DNA from: Octopus vulgaris
Taxonomy: Eukaryota
Assembly (NCBI GenBank): GCA_951406725.2
Contig: OX597842.1
Coordinates: 32,674,001-32,738,000, forward strand
Reading direction: 5' to 3'
Length of the DNA stretch: 64,000 nucleotides
Shown here: positions 39,880 to 56,460 of the stretch, in pieces
Numbering within the stretch: position 1 is the stretch's first letter
Layout: every line of letters begins with the position of its first letter
Position numbers and translations under genes: made by a program
Notes under the pieces: generated by a model
The model's database searches: none
What the model saw: only the letters and a program-made list of their open reading frames with translations
Told to the model about the DNA's origin: nothing

Positions 39880-40269
39880 GATGGATGGAAGCACTCCGTC
39901 GGTTACGACGATGAGGGTTCCGGTTGATCCGAATCAACGGAACAGCCTGCTCGTGAAATTAACGTGTAAGTGGCTGAGCACTCCACAGACACGTGCACCC
40001 TTAACGTAGTTCTCGGGGATATTCAGCGTGACACAGAGAGTGACAAGGCCGGCCCTTTGAAATACAGGTACAACAGAAACAGGAAGTAAGAGTGAGAGAA
40101 AGTTGTGGTGAAAGAGTACAGCAGGGATCACCACCATCCCCTGCTGGAGCCTCGTGGAGCTTTTAGGTGTTTTCGCTCAATAAACACTCACAACGCCCGG
40201 TCTGGGAATCGAAACCACGATCCTATGACCGTGAGTCCGCTGCCCTAACCACTGGGCCATTGTGCCTCC
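39880..40269 (-). mobile_element. SINE family C, full length (tRNA head)
   Basis: GGAGGCACAATGGCCCAGTGGTTAGG (A box), GGTTTCGATTCCC (B box), (CCAT)n-like end. Confidence 0.88.
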
Positions 40270-40311
<42 letters not shown>

Positions 40312-40314
<3 letters not shown>

Positions 40315-40538
40315 CTGGCCCTTTGGAATACAGGTACAACAGAAACAGGAAGTAAGTAAGTGTGAGAGAAAGTTGTGGTGAAAGAGTACAGCAGGGGTCA
40401 CCACCATCCCCTGCCGGAGCCTCGTGGAACTTTTAGGTGCTTTCGCTCAATAAACACTCACAACGCCCGGTCTGGGAATCGAAACCGCGATCCTATGACC
40501 GCGAGTCCGCTGCCCTAACCATTGGGCCATTGCGCCTC
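40312..40538 (-). mobile_element. SINE family C, 5' half (tandem partial copy)
   Basis: Direct repeat of 40046-40269. Confidence 0.88.
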
Positions 40539-40870
40539 TACTCTAATATGATACATACCTGCTATAACAGAACCCTAAAACTGATCCCTAGATCCACCCT
40601 TAGCTGTGATCTTAGAACCTAATGATTGACCAACTATAGCACTTACCGAGCCTACCTATTCGTTTGGATTACAAGCGAACTTAACCCCTCACATTCTTTT
40701 TCTCATATTCTTTACTTTTAACCTCCTCATTCTTACAAACACCAAGTAAATGGCTAACTTGCTTTGTGATCGTGAGTGCACCGAACCTCACTAGTGCGCA
40801 TGCTCACATTTTTGCGGATGCTTGTATGAGTCATTGTACTCGCGCCTTGCAGCTTGCCCGAGGACGTTTA

Positions 40871-41100
40871 TACTCTTTACTCTTTACTCTTTTACTTGTT
40901 TCAGTCATTTGACTGCGGCCATGCTGGAGCACCGCCTTTTAATCGAGCAACTCGACCCCGGGACTTATTCTTTTGTAAGCCCAGTACTTATTCTATCGGT
41001 CTCTTTTGCCGAACCGCTAAGTGACGGGGACGTAAACACACCAGCATCGGTTGTCAAGCAATGCTAGGGGGACAAACACAGACACACAAACACACACATA

Positions 41101-41169
<69 letters not shown>

Positions 41170-41331
41170 GACAGGCTTCTTTCAGTTTCCATCTACCAAA
41201 TCCACTCACAAGGCATTGGTCGACCCGGGGCTATAGCAGAAGACACTTGCCCAAGATGCCATGCAGTGGGACTGAACCCGGAACCATGTGGTTGGTTAGC
41301 AAGCTACTTACCACACAGCCACTCCTGCGCC
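40871..41331 (-). mobile_element. SINE family A, full length
   Basis: Matches the family A body. Confidence 0.93.
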
Positions 41332-41520
41332 ATATTTGTTGACAGTTATTTTCTATACTTTTCTCACTGGATTGCGTGTTCGTTTCTCTTTTTGCCATCC
41401 GTGATTTTATTACTGATCTTCTATATAAATGAAGATATATCCTTTGTCTGCCTGGCTTTTCTTTATACAAAACGAGAAGTTACACTGTGGAACTGTTATT
41501 TTAACGAGTTGTATTTATTT

Positions 41521-41623
41521 ATCATCTGACGAGATACATCTGCACCACCGGATGCTCCTGAACCAGTTGTTGAGTGTCAAACCCGAGAGGGATCGATACT
41601 AGATGGGTCGAAACAATTGTGAT
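41521..41623 (+). ncRNA. Hammerhead motif with branched stem II (family H2 architecture), in a Penelope-like element at about 41333-41670
   Basis: AUCAU CUGACGA GAUACAUCUG[about 57 nt incl. GUGUC..CCC-GAGA-GGG..GAUAC]UAGAUGGGUC GAAAC AAUU GUGAU, then AATAAA at 41628. The cleavage triplet appears eroded. Confidence 0.65.
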
Positions 41624-41664
41624 TAATAATAAATTTTCGTATATTCCATTATCTGTCTTTCATT

Positions 41665-41703
<39 letters not shown>

Positions 41704-41822
41704 TACTTGGAAATGGATGCGTGGCGTTCAATCATATAATAATATAAATAATATATATATATATGCATATATATATACATATATGTACATAGATACACAT
41801 ATATGTATATATATATATGTAC

Positions 41823-41880
<58 letters not shown>

Positions 41881-41882
<2 letters not shown>

Positions 41883-42119
41883 GGAGTAAACACATAAATG
41901 TGAAACAAGGTGGAAAAAAGAGTACTCAAATACCAGTGGTAGAGTAATATGCTTTATTTAAAGCAGCAGAAAATTCAACAAAACCTGTTACTCTGAGTTT
42001 CCCGTCGCCGTTCATCGGACAGTTTTTGCTAGAATGGCAAAAACTGTCCGATGAACGGCAACGGGGAACTCAGAGTAACAGGTTTTGTTGAATTTTCTGC
42101 TGCTTTAAATAAAGTATAT
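41881..42119. mobile_element. Family H3 Penelope-like element with 83-bp inverted duplication
   Basis: Arms 41947-42029 and 42037-42119 (3 mismatches); each arm has CCGAUGA..G(A/G)AACUC and AATAAA. Confidence 0.75.
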
Positions 42120-42138
42120 GTATATATATGCATATATG

Positions 42139-42415
42139 GGCACAGGACGTCACAAAACGTAAAATACGTGAAATATGAAAAGAACATGAAATACGAAAAC
42201 AACTCGGGTATGCGAACAACGAGAGAAACAAATGGAAAACAAGACAAGTAACATAAAGAACGACCCTTCATCATTTGTCGGCTGTCCTTCTACTCCTCAT
42301 TTCGACCATTTAACAACATTATGAGGCTTTTAAAGGCAGTTACTCCCACGAACCAAAACAAAATTTGGGATTTGCGGAGGGTCAAAGTTGGTAACAAAAA
42401 CTGGACAGTGGAGAA
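42139..42415 (-). mobile_element. Dispersed repeat (Penelope-like?), related to 45231-45392 on +
   Basis: Shared TGATGAAGGG..TTTCTCGTTG..GTCCTGT; adjacent to (TA)n. Confidence 0.45.
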
Positions 42416-42419
42416 ATGG

Positions 42420-42790
42420 ATGTCAGGTCCTTGTGAGGTGTAGCGAGTGCTACTGGTAACATGGAATCCGGTATCACCGTCGCATGATCGGGTCGTCGGC
42501 GACTAAACCGGCGTCTCCACTAGGCTTGCCTGAAGAAGATGGTTGCTAGAAACCCAGCGGAGCTAAAAAACAAAACCTGCCAAAAGGATGGATGAAACTG
42601 GTTCTAGGTTTAAGTATTATCTAGCTGTAGCAAAGGCACTCAGAAATTTCGGGTTGGTGTCCGGCGTAAGGTCGGACGAAATGTGGGTAAGCATTTTGTC
42701 CGGGAATGCTAATGGTTCTATTAAGGTAAGGCATGAGGCCAGGAAATCCTAAACGGAGGAGATGAGCCGATATCTTCGACTCCATTAACA
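42420..42790 (+). mobile_element. Unclassified non-coding retroelement-like segment ending in (CAA)n
   Basis: GC-rich complex 370-bp block with a sharp (AAC)n tail; no ORF. Confidence 0.4.
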
Positions 42791-43108
42791 ACAACAACAA
42801 CAACAACAACAACAAAAACAACAACAACAACAACAACGATATTAATGATAATAATAATGATCGATGCAATAATTATATAAAAATGAAAAAAAATAAAAGG
42901 TTTTGTCAAATGAGATAATATGCCGATTATATCGACAGAAAACGAAGTTATGATTTCATGGCTTACACGCATGCGCACATACACACTCACACTCACACTC
43001 ACACACACACATTCACAGAGAAAAATTCATTATTAAGCCAAGCAAACAAAACAATTATAAACATAAACAAAAACATGTAAAACAAACAAATATACAAATA
43101 TAAGATCG

Positions 43109-43175
<67 letters not shown>

Positions 43176-43358
43176 TTGTATATATATATAATCATATATA
43201 TACATACATATATATATACACATATATATAGTATATTTATATATAATTGGTATGTATTATATATATATATGCATATGTACTATGTATGTATATATATATA
43301 TTAATGTATACATACATACATATATATGTGTGTGTGTGTGTTTATATGGATATGCAAG

Positions 43359-43389
<31 letters not shown>

Positions 43390-43433
43390 TATATATATAT
43401 TATATATATATGCAAACAAATACATTCATCTTC

Positions 43434-43511
<78 letters not shown>

Positions 43512-43739
43512 TTTTCTCTCTCTCTCTCTCGTCCTCTCACCTTTTGTGATTATTGTATATAAATAGTTTATTTAAGGTTATTTAATATTCGCAACGCATC
43601 GACGGGAGTTGGGTGGGTGGTGTGTGTGTGTTGGGGGGCAGTTGGACGAAAGGGCATGGTGGGAGTGGTGGAAGGAAGGAAGAAGAGGAAATAATTAACA
43701 AATAGAATAAAGAAATTACTTAACCGAAAGTACAAAAGA

Positions 43740-44560
43740 GAGTGGGAGGTAAAAGAGGAGGAGGAGGATGAGGATGAGCAGAGATGGAGGAGAAGAAGAA
43801 GAAGAAGAAGTGGAAGAAGAAGAAAGGGAAGATGATAATGAAGAATGAAGTGAAAAAAGAGGGGAGAAGGAGTAGTAGTAGTAGTAGTAGTAGAAGAAGA
43901 AGAAGAAGAAGAAGAAGAAGAAGAAGAAGAAGAAGAAGAAGAAGAAAAGGAAAACAATAACAAGAATGGGAAGTGGAGGAGAAGAAAAACGAGAATGAGG
44001 AGAAGAAAAAGGAGAAGAAGAAAATGAAGAAGAAGAAGGAGGAGGAGGAGAAGAAGAAGAAGAAGAAGAAGAAGAAGAAGAAGAAGAAGAAGATGAAGAA
44101 GAAGAAGAAGAAGAAGGAGGAGGAAAAGAAGAAGAAGAAGAAGATGAAGAAAAAGAAGAAGTGGAAGAAAATCAAAATGGAGGAGGAAAAGAAAAATGAA
44201 TAAGATGAAGATGAAGAAGAAGAAGATGAAAAAGAGGAAGATGATGATGAAGACGAAGAGGTCAAGAAGAGAAAGAGATGAAGAAGAAATAGTAGTAGTA
44301 GTAGTAGTAGTAGTAGAAGAAGAAGGAGGAAGAAGAGGAGGATTGGGAAGAAGAAGAAGAAGAAGAAGAAGAAGGAGAAGAAGAAGAAGGAGAAGAAGAA
44401 GAAGAAGAAGGGGGTGGAGGAGGAGAAGGAGAAGAAGAAGAAGAAGAAGAAGAAGAAGAAGAAAAGAAGAAGAAGAAGAAGTAGAAGAAGAAGAAGAAGA
44501 TGTAGAAGAAGAAGAAGAAGAAGAAGAAGAAGATGCTGATGATGATGATGATGAAGGCGA
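43740..44560. repeat. (GAA)n/(GAG)n/(GTA)n tract
   Basis: Seen directly. Confidence 0.92.
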
Positions 44561-45537
44561 TGATCATGTTGAGAATGATGATACTGGTGCAGAAAAAAAA
44601 CGATGTCGAATTAGAAGAAAATGGCGAAAACTATCAAAGAATGGAAACAAAAAATGGAGGAAGAACAAGAAAAAGAATGAGAACAAGAAGAAAAATAAAT
44701 AATATATTTAGTTTTTGGTTCCCTGGTTTGAATAAACGAATGCGTACAACGAGTGGGAAATGACAAAGCCTGGTTGACCCTTTTCACTCATCGGGCTTTG
44801 ATTTAGCAGACGACCGACTGTCGTTAGGGGTTAAAGGACGCATGCGCACAAACTTTTTAAGAGAATACCATTTCTGAGCAGACGACAACATGGGTGTAAT
44901 GGCGGTTGATGAAAAAAGAAAACGCGGAGAAAATTGACGTTTAAGATGATTAAGCGTTTGGCTTGTCGTCTGCCAATTTATCCGCGCGTGTACGTGTGTG
45001 TGTGTGTGTGTGTTTGTGTGTATATGCATGTGTTCTGTATGTGGTATGCTTATACATAGATATATAAATGGATTTATATATGTATGTATATGTTATGTAT
45101 TATATCAATATATATCCATGTGGACTGAGTATGTACGTGTGTACTTGAGGTCTGCGTGTATTTTGTCTTCATATACATATCATATATATATATGTGTGTT
45201 TGTGTGAGTGTATATATATATATATATATGTGTTGAGTCGAACCAGGGGCAGCTGATGAAGGGGAATTTTCCTTGTATTGTTTGTCCTGTACTCTGTTTT
45301 TTTTGTTGTTGAAAAAAAGTCCGTTTCCTTGTTTGATTTTATGTTTTCGTTTCTCGTTGTGTTCTACGTTTATTTGTGGTGTCCTGTACTCATATATATA
45401 TATATATATATATGCATGTATATATACATATAGATGTAAGTATGTACTTATATGTATGTATATATGCATATATTTTATTTATTTATTATATTGTTATTAT
45501 ATGACCGAACGCACGCGTCGTTTCTCTTCCCCAAGTA

Positions 45538-45581
<44 letters not shown>

Positions 45582-45965
45582 CACACAGACATGTGTCTGC
45601 GCAAGGTTTACGAGTTGGTTTTGGTACAAACATACATATGCATGTTCACAGTCACGCCACCCCAACACATTCGCGTAAACACACGCACACGTACACATTC
45701 ACACATGGATACGTATATATATACTCGAGGGTGCCGTGCCCTCGTGCATGGAGTGCAAATGGCGCGTGTATCCTTAGGGGTACCGCCTATCACAGCTGTC
45801 CGAAACTATAAAGGCAGCGAATGGACACCCTTTGAAATGGTCGCCAAATTTTCACTCATCACAGATACTAACGTTGTTAAAAACGATTAATGGACGCACC
45901 CGAGTCAATATAATCGCATATGTGTGTATATGTATGTGAATACATGTGTGTGTACATCGGTGCAA

Positions 45966-45996
<31 letters not shown>

Positions 45997-46021
45997 TAGA
46001 TAGATAGATATATATATACTT

Positions 46022-46150
46022 AAGTTATAAATTAAGGTATCTATGAGATACCACCATGCTGAAGATACCAGCCATCATCTGACTCTAAAACCAATCATGG
46101 CTGGTATTTTCAGCATGGTGGTATTTTGTAGATACCCTAATTTATAATTT
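46022..46150. repeat. 54-bp inverted repeat with 21-nt spacer
   Basis: 46022-46075 versus 46097-46150, 6 differences. Confidence 0.9.
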
Positions 46151-46274
46151 TAATAATTATTACCTTTGTAGGTTATTTTTTCCATGCTGGCCACTTGATC
46201 GATATTTTCTTTTAAATTTTACAATCTTATCGTTATTTATATAAATTTATATATATACACACACACACACACAG

Positions 46275-46380
<106 letters not shown>

Positions 46381-46510
46381 AGTACCTTACTTACTGTATT
46401 ATATATCAACCGGACCTACATATATATATATATATATATATATGCATATATATATGTATATATATATTGTTATATTTCGGAATGGTCATTTTGCCAGTTT
46501 AGCAATATAT

Positions 46511-46676
46511 AGTTAATCCAAACATGAAAACACAAGGAGAAAACACAACAACGCGAGGACGTGGAAGAAGCTTAACGTTTCGAGCGGAGCTCTTCGTCAG
46601 AAACATAGAAAAAAGGAAAGATCCAAGGAAGGGAAGACGGAGAAAGAAAATCACCAACGATACACACGCGGTCACA
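46511..46676 (-). mobile_element. Family H1 Penelope-like element with intact minimal hammerhead (46570-46604)
   Basis: GUUU CUGACGA A GAGC UCC GCUC GAAAC GUU AAGC. Confidence 0.8.
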
Positions 46677-46698
46677 TACTGAAAAATTACATATATAC

Positions 46699-46730
<32 letters not shown>

Positions 46731-46751
46731 ATATGTATGTATGTATGTATG

Positions 46752-46785
<34 letters not shown>

Positions 46786-46831
46786 TGTATGTATGTATGT
46801 GTGTGTGTACGTATGTATGTATGTATGTATG

Positions 46832-46957
46832 TAAAAGAGACCGATAGAATAAGTACTAGGCTTCCAAAGAATAAGTCCTGGGCTCGATTTATTCGGCTAA
46901 AGGCGGTGCTCCAGCATAGCCACAGTCAAATGACTGAAACAAATGAAAGGAGAACAA

Positions 46958-47004
<47 letters not shown>

Positions 47005-47402
47005 CGCAGGAGTGGCTGTGTGGTAAGTAGCTTGCTAACCAACCACATGGTTCCGGGTTCAGTCCACTGCGTGGCATCTTGGGCAAGTGTCTTCTGCTAT
47101 AGCCCCGGGCCGACCAATGCCTTGTGAAGTGGATTTGGTAGACGGAAACTGAAAGAAGCCTGTCGTATATATGTATATATATATATATATATGTGTGTGT
47201 TTGTGTGTCTGTGTTTGTCCCCCTAGCATCGCTTGACAACCGATGCTGGTGTGTTTACGTCCCCGTCACTTAGCGGTTCGGCAAAAAGAGACCGATAGAA
47301 TAAGGACTGGGCTTACAAAGAATAAGTCCCGGAGTCGAGTTGCTCGATTAAAGGCGGTGCTCCAGCATGGTCGCAGTCAAATGACTGAAACAAGTAAAAA
47401 GT
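46832..47402 (+). mobile_element. SINE family A: 3' fragment (46832-46958) plus full copy (47002-47402)
   Basis: Matches the family A body. Confidence 0.9.
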
Positions 47403-47479
47403 AAGTATACATATGTATATATATGTATATATATTTGTAAAGAACGAAAACCAACCGCCCGCATGCACACATGTGTGCA

Positions 47480-47517
<38 letters not shown>

Positions 47518-47705
47518 TATATATGTGTATATATAAATATTACACATACGTACATACATACACACATACAGAATAGGACAAGAAGCGTTAAACAGAAAAA
47601 AACTAGATATAAAGAGAGACATATAGTTAGATGAAGAAGACAAGTGGTTCGGTATTGAAAGAGATAAATGGCAAAATTGTTACATACACACACTCACACA
47701 TAATG

Positions 47706-47753
<48 letters not shown>

Positions 47754-47822
47754 TATTTATATATGTACACACACCCATTTCTATGTGTTACATATATATA
47801 TGTGTATGTATAAATGTATGTA

Positions 47823-47869
<47 letters not shown>

Positions 47870-48016
47870 TGTGCGCGGATGAGAGTTTGGCGGTTTCCAT
47901 TGATGTGGGAGATTCTGTTTGCGAATATACGCGAATGTATACTTCGATCTTACAAGATAGCTGGATTGATTGATAGATAAATAAATGGATACACACACAC
48001 AAACACACACACACAG

Positions 48017-48137
<121 letters not shown>

Positions 48138-48294
48138 TATGTATGTATATGCATATACATCGGTAGATATATTGATATACTGATTCGGAGAGAGAGAGAG
48201 AGAGGGGGAGAGAGAGGGAGAATGAGAGAGAGAGAGACGTAGTAGGCTAATTGAATAGATAGAGAGAGAGAGAGAGAGATAAACAGACAGAAAG

Positions 48295-48340
<46 letters not shown>

Positions 48341-48549
48341 CATGCGTACATGCATATATATACCAAGATATATATATGTAGTGTAGAAAGAGATGGAGAT
48401 CAATAAATAGACAGAGAAATAGTTAAATTGTTTATTGAATAGATAGATTGAAGGATAGAGAGAGAAAGAGAGAGGGAGAGGGAGAGGAGAGGGAGCGAGA
48501 GGAGAAGGAGGGGTGGGAGAGAGGGAGACAGATATACGTGTTGGTAGAA

Positions 48550-48994
48550 GAGATAGACTGGGAAATATATAAATAGACAGATAGATATATAGATAGGTAA
48601 GCCGGTTGATAGACAGACTGATAGAGAAGCCGATAGACAGGTAGATAGATATAGACAGACAGACTGGCAGGCAGACAGACAGATAGATAGATAGATAGAT
48701 AGATAGAGATAGATAGACAGATAGATAGATAGATATATCGATAAATAGATAGAAAGATAGATAGATATAGATTGATAGACAGATAGATAGATAGATATAT
48801 CGATAAATAGATAGAAAGATAGATAGATAGATATAGATTGATAGACAGATAGATAGATAGATATATAGATAAATAGATAGATAGATAGCTATAGATAGAT
48901 AGACAGATAGATAGATAGATCGATAAATAGATAGATAGATAGATAGAAAGATAAATAGATAAAGATAGATAGGTAGATAGATAAATAGATAGAT

Positions 48995-49039
<45 letters not shown>

Positions 49040-49040
49040 C

Positions 49041-49095
<55 letters not shown>

Positions 49096-49180
49096 CAAGC
49101 AGAGAGACAGATATATACACAGATAGATAACGATATAGATAGATAAATAGATATAGAAATAGATACAGAGATAGATAGAT
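48550..49180. repeat. (GATA)n tract
   Basis: Seen directly. Confidence 0.92.
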
Positions 49181-49513
49181 CAATAAAGAAGGCGAAAAAC
49201 CGAGAGAGTGGGGTAGAGTAGACGGGTGTCACTAGATTGATAAAGTGTTAGATGGAGTGATCGGAGAAACAAACTAATCTGCGTAACTTCTGTTTCAAAC
49301 GCAAGGCCGCCATTGACCTCCATCCCGCCAGGCCTCAATCTCGGCGTTATCTTTTCTTCTATCCAACCATGGCCGACCCTGCCCTGTAGCGTTTAATATC
49401 TCATCTCTTTGCTTTCACTACCTATGTGAACGCTTGTGTATAAGTATATACATATGTACATAAATAATAATCTGTATACCTAGCACAATATATGCATCTA
49501 TATATATACATAC

Positions 49514-49561
<48 letters not shown>

Positions 49562-49995
49562 CTACGTATGTATATATGTGTATATATATATATGTATTAT
49601 ATATATATGTATATGTGTATATATATACGAAGGTTGATAATTATATTATGTCGTATAAATATTGGATATAATACGCATTTTGTCTATCTATCTATATATC
49701 TATCTATCGATCTATCGATCTGTCGATCAGTTTGTCTATCTTTTTTTCTATCTTCCTATCTTACTCTCTGGATAACTCTCTTTATCTCACTCTCTCCATT
49801 TGTATACATACATACATATATATATATATAACTATTGATATACATATACGTACATATATATACACACATAAACACACACATACATATATACATTTATATA
49901 TAAACGCATCAGCATTTCTTTATATGATGTACATATATATGTATGTATATGTGTATATATGTGTATATGTATATATGTATATATGTACACACACG

Positions 49996-50029
<34 letters not shown>

Positions 50030-50057
50030 AATATATATATGTATGTATATCTATCTA

Positions 50058-50101
<44 letters not shown>

Positions 50102-50128
50102 CATATATATATATATATAGTGAGAGAA

Positions 50129-50164
<36 letters not shown>

Positions 50165-50320
50165 TGTATATATGTATGTATACGCTCATACACAGACATA
50201 CATCTGTGTTTCTCCCCTTCTCTCCTCCTCCTCTTCCTCTCTCTCTCTCTCTCTCAGATATACATCTACAGAAATATATGTCCACGTATCTCCAATATTA
50301 CACACAGTATACACACACAA

Positions 50321-50360
<40 letters not shown>

Positions 50361-50701
50361 GTATTAGTGCGTGTGTTTCCCTTCCCTCTCTCTCCTTCTC
50401 TCCCTCTCTTTCTCTCTCTCTCCCTCTCTTTCTCAACATCATCAACACGTCCTTCCCGAGAAATGATCTAAGACCTGCTGCTACGGTTGGGGTCAACCAG
50501 CAGATCTATTTCCTTTGGGCATTAATCATACGGCTTCCGGCATGCGCACATCTCTCTCTTCCATTCAAAGAAAATTCTTGTCTGTCCGTCTGACTGTCTG
50601 TCCGCTGGTGTCCGTTCCTGCATCTTCTGCAGAGCGCCCTCTCTCGCTCTTTCTGTTTTTCTCAGCATCTCTTGCAAAAGACCGTCTGTCTCTCTCTTTC
50701 G

Positions 50702-50768
<67 letters not shown>

Positions 50769-50804
50769 CACATACATACATACATACATACATACATACA
50801 TACA

Positions 50805-50869
<65 letters not shown>

Positions 50870-51066
50870 TTATATATATACATGTATATATTTGTACGTA
50901 TATATGTATACATATATACGCATACACTCACACAGACACACACATATACACACATATTTTTGTATGTATATCTTACTGAACAGCGCTTAGTATACATTGT
51001 ACGTAAGGGGTATGTCCGCGCATAAATAGTATTTGTTTAGGGGTTTGTACGTAAAAGTGTATACAA

Positions 51067-51134
<68 letters not shown>

Positions 51135-51179
51135 TATATATATACACACACACACATATATATATATAAATATATATAT

Positions 51180-51230
<51 letters not shown>

Positions 51231-51376
51231 AACATACGTCTGTATATGTTTGAGTGTATATCTGTCTATTTATATAGCGAGTAGTACCGCTTATTCTGCG
51301 TACATATAGACCGCCGTCCGAGCAGATTTTCAAACTAACACAAACACGGATAGCCACACACAAACACATATTTTCC

Positions 51377-51444
<68 letters not shown>

Positions 51445-51477
51445 AACACATACACATAAAAGCAACTCCCCTGTTAC

Positions 51478-51520
51478 AAAAGCGGCGGCCATTTTTCACA
51501 ACCTTTTCAGCCATCTTAAA
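51478..51520. promoter_or_regulatory. Paired YY1/Pho-like sites
   Basis: GCGGCCATTTT (51485-51495) and CAGCCATCTT (51508-51517), near (CA)n and (CT)n tracts. Confidence 0.35.
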
Positions 51521-51575
51521 TTCAAATGATTGAACTTGTTTGAACTAGCCATTATATCATAAAACATTTTAGACG

Positions 51576-51610
<35 letters not shown>

Positions 51611-51651
51611 TTCCCACGCATTCATTCTTCCTCTATGTCATTACTCTTTCG

Positions 51652-51746
<95 letters not shown>

Positions 51747-51829
51747 TGTATGTATGTATGTACACATATTTATATAAATATATAAACGCATATATATATA
51801 TGTACATATAGGTGTATGTATCTATACGT

Positions 51830-51880
<51 letters not shown>

Positions 51881-52705
51881 AGTATATGCATAAAAATATA
51901 TATATATGTAGATGTATGGGTATAAATAGTTGAGTAGGTATATAGTAAGACATCTACATACATTACACATTAGCACTTAACCGTATATACACACGTATAT
52001 ATATATTCATCACACACTTAGATATACATATACATATATACATACTTCTATATATATATATGGATATATATATATATGCATAAATATGTATATATGCATA
52101 TATGTATGTATATATAGGTATGTATATATATGTATGTGGTATGTATATATATGTATGTATATGTATATATGTGTGTCTGTATATGCGTATATATAGATAT
52201 ATAAGCAAAACTTTATATATACTATTCGCACCTACATAAATACATAGTACATACACACACACACGGATATATACATACCTAGACACATGCATATACATTA
52301 CACATATACATACATCCTTACATACATACATTCAATCAAGCATAATATACATAATTACATAATTACCTACATACATACATACATACATACATACAAACAT
52401 ACATACTTGCACATATACACACACACATACATACATACACAGATAAATTCATACATACACATACATACATACATATATACATACATACATACACACATAC
52501 ATACATACGTATAAATAGCTAGATAGATAAGTACATGTGTATATGTGTGTGTATGTGTATGCATGTTTGTGTGTGTATGTGTGTGCATGTGTGTGTGTGC
52601 GTGTGTGTGTGCTTTCCTGCACACGTGTGCAGAAAATACACTTATACACCCACTGGAGTATACAAACGTATATACAAACACATAGTCTCTCTCTGTCTCT
52701 CTCTG

Positions 52706-52768
<63 letters not shown>

Positions 52769-52865
52769 GTCTCTCTCTCTGTCTCTCTCTCTCTCTGTCT
52801 CTCTCTCTCTGTCTCTCTCTCTCTGACTTTCTCTCAGTGTCTTACACACACACACACACATTTGC

Positions 52866-52896
<31 letters not shown>

Positions 52897-53109
52897 TAGG
52901 TTTCTGTCTTCCTTCCCCCTCTTCACCGGCAACCTCCCCCCTCCCTCTTCCCGTCGCTTCCGCTATTTGCTAATAGTTTACCAAAATCTGCGAGTAATCG
53001 AACGGCGGCGACAGAGCACTGTTCACCCCTGCCCAAAATTCATGTCTTTTATCGACAGCCTTTTGAAGTTTCGCAACACAACATCACTACCGGCTACATT
53101 AGCGTCAGC

Positions 53110-54980
<1,871 letters not shown>

Positions 54981-54999
54981 ACAAAAGAGCTCAGATGCT

Positions 55000-55202
55000 G
55001 CACGGATTTTTGTCAGTGAACAGGTCGCGGTCTCGAAGCGACGAAAATATTTTGACAAATTAAACTTAAATGTTGAAGTGAATCGAACGGTTTTTGTGTG
55101 TTTCTTAAATGGCTTACAAACACCTTCCACGCTGCAATTGTTTTCGTTCCAGCACACGATCTCAGATCAAGTCACTTGCTATGCAAGTACATCTCCGTAA
55201 TT
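55000..55202 (+). mobile_element. Probable Penelope-like fragment
   Basis: GGTCTCGAAGCGAC resembles a hammerhead 3' half and is followed by AATTAAA; no 5' core found. Confidence 0.3.
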
Positions 55203-55344
55203 AAAAGAGCATTTAATCTCAATCTCCTTCTACGTATAATGCTAAATATATGTAATCCGTTACAAGGTGTGATGTTTTGAATTGTCTGACATAAAATCTC
55301 TTTGGAGGCTTGTGTTAAGATCCAGGGATATAATGCAGCGATAA

Positions 55345-55383
<39 letters not shown>

Positions 55384-55459
55384 GCTGCCCAGATGGTGAT
55401 TATATAAATAAATATATCAGGTGTATTCACCTGTCTGTCTGTTTGTCACTCTTTACGTT

Positions 55460-56194
55460 TATGTATGTATGTATGTATGTATGTTTTTGTGTATGTATGT
55501 ATGTATGTGTGTATGTGTGTATGTATGCGTGTGTATGTATGTTTATGTATGTATGTACGTATGTATGTATGCATATATGTATGTATGTATGTATGTATAT
55601 ATGTATGTATGTATGTATGTATGTACGTATGGTCACCAGTGGACGGCCATCATGTACGTATGTACGTATGTATGTATGTATGTATGTATGTATGTTTGTA
55701 TGTATGTATGTATGTTTGTATGTATGTATGTATGTATGTATGTATGTATGTATGTATGTATGTATGTATGTATGTTTGTATGTATGTATGTATGTATGTA
55801 TGTTTGTATGTATGTATGTTTGTATGTATGTATGTATGCATGTATGTACGTATGTATGTATGTATTAATGTATGCATGTATGTATGTATGTAGGTATATA
55901 TGTATGTATGTATGTATTAATGTATGTATGTACGTAGGTACGTATGTACGTACGTATGTAAGTATATATGTAAATATATACATGTATATATATATATGTA
56001 CGAATGTATGTGTATGTATGTATATTTCCCTCTATCTGTCCATCTTTCTGTCCATTACATCATCAATACCCGGGTTGCTATCAGCATCACCCTCGTCATC
56101 AACTCATACTCTCTTCCTTATCATCATCATCATCATTATCATCACAGTCATCGTCCTAAACACCATCATCACCATCGCTATCATCATCATCATC

Positions 56195-56255
<61 letters not shown>

Positions 56256-56307
56256 CCATCACTATCATCATCATCATCACCACCACCACCACCACCATCA
56301 TCATCAC

Positions 56308-56356
<49 letters not shown>

Positions 56357-56429
56357 GTCATCATCATCATCATCGTCATCATCATCATCATCGTCATCAT
56401 CATCATCATCGTCATCATCATCATCATCG

Positions 56430-56460
<31 letters not shown>

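Noticed and set aside
39880-40538. tRNA genes in SINE heads (also families A and B)
   Set aside because: A/B boxes are present but there is no complete cloverleaf, and they continue into SINE bodies.
44775-44840. Small hairpin as a miRNA candidate
   Set aside because: Short, G-U rich and bulged; no match to miRNAs I recognise.
45250-45280. CTGATGA followed by a stem
   Set aside because: No GAAA or stem III follows.
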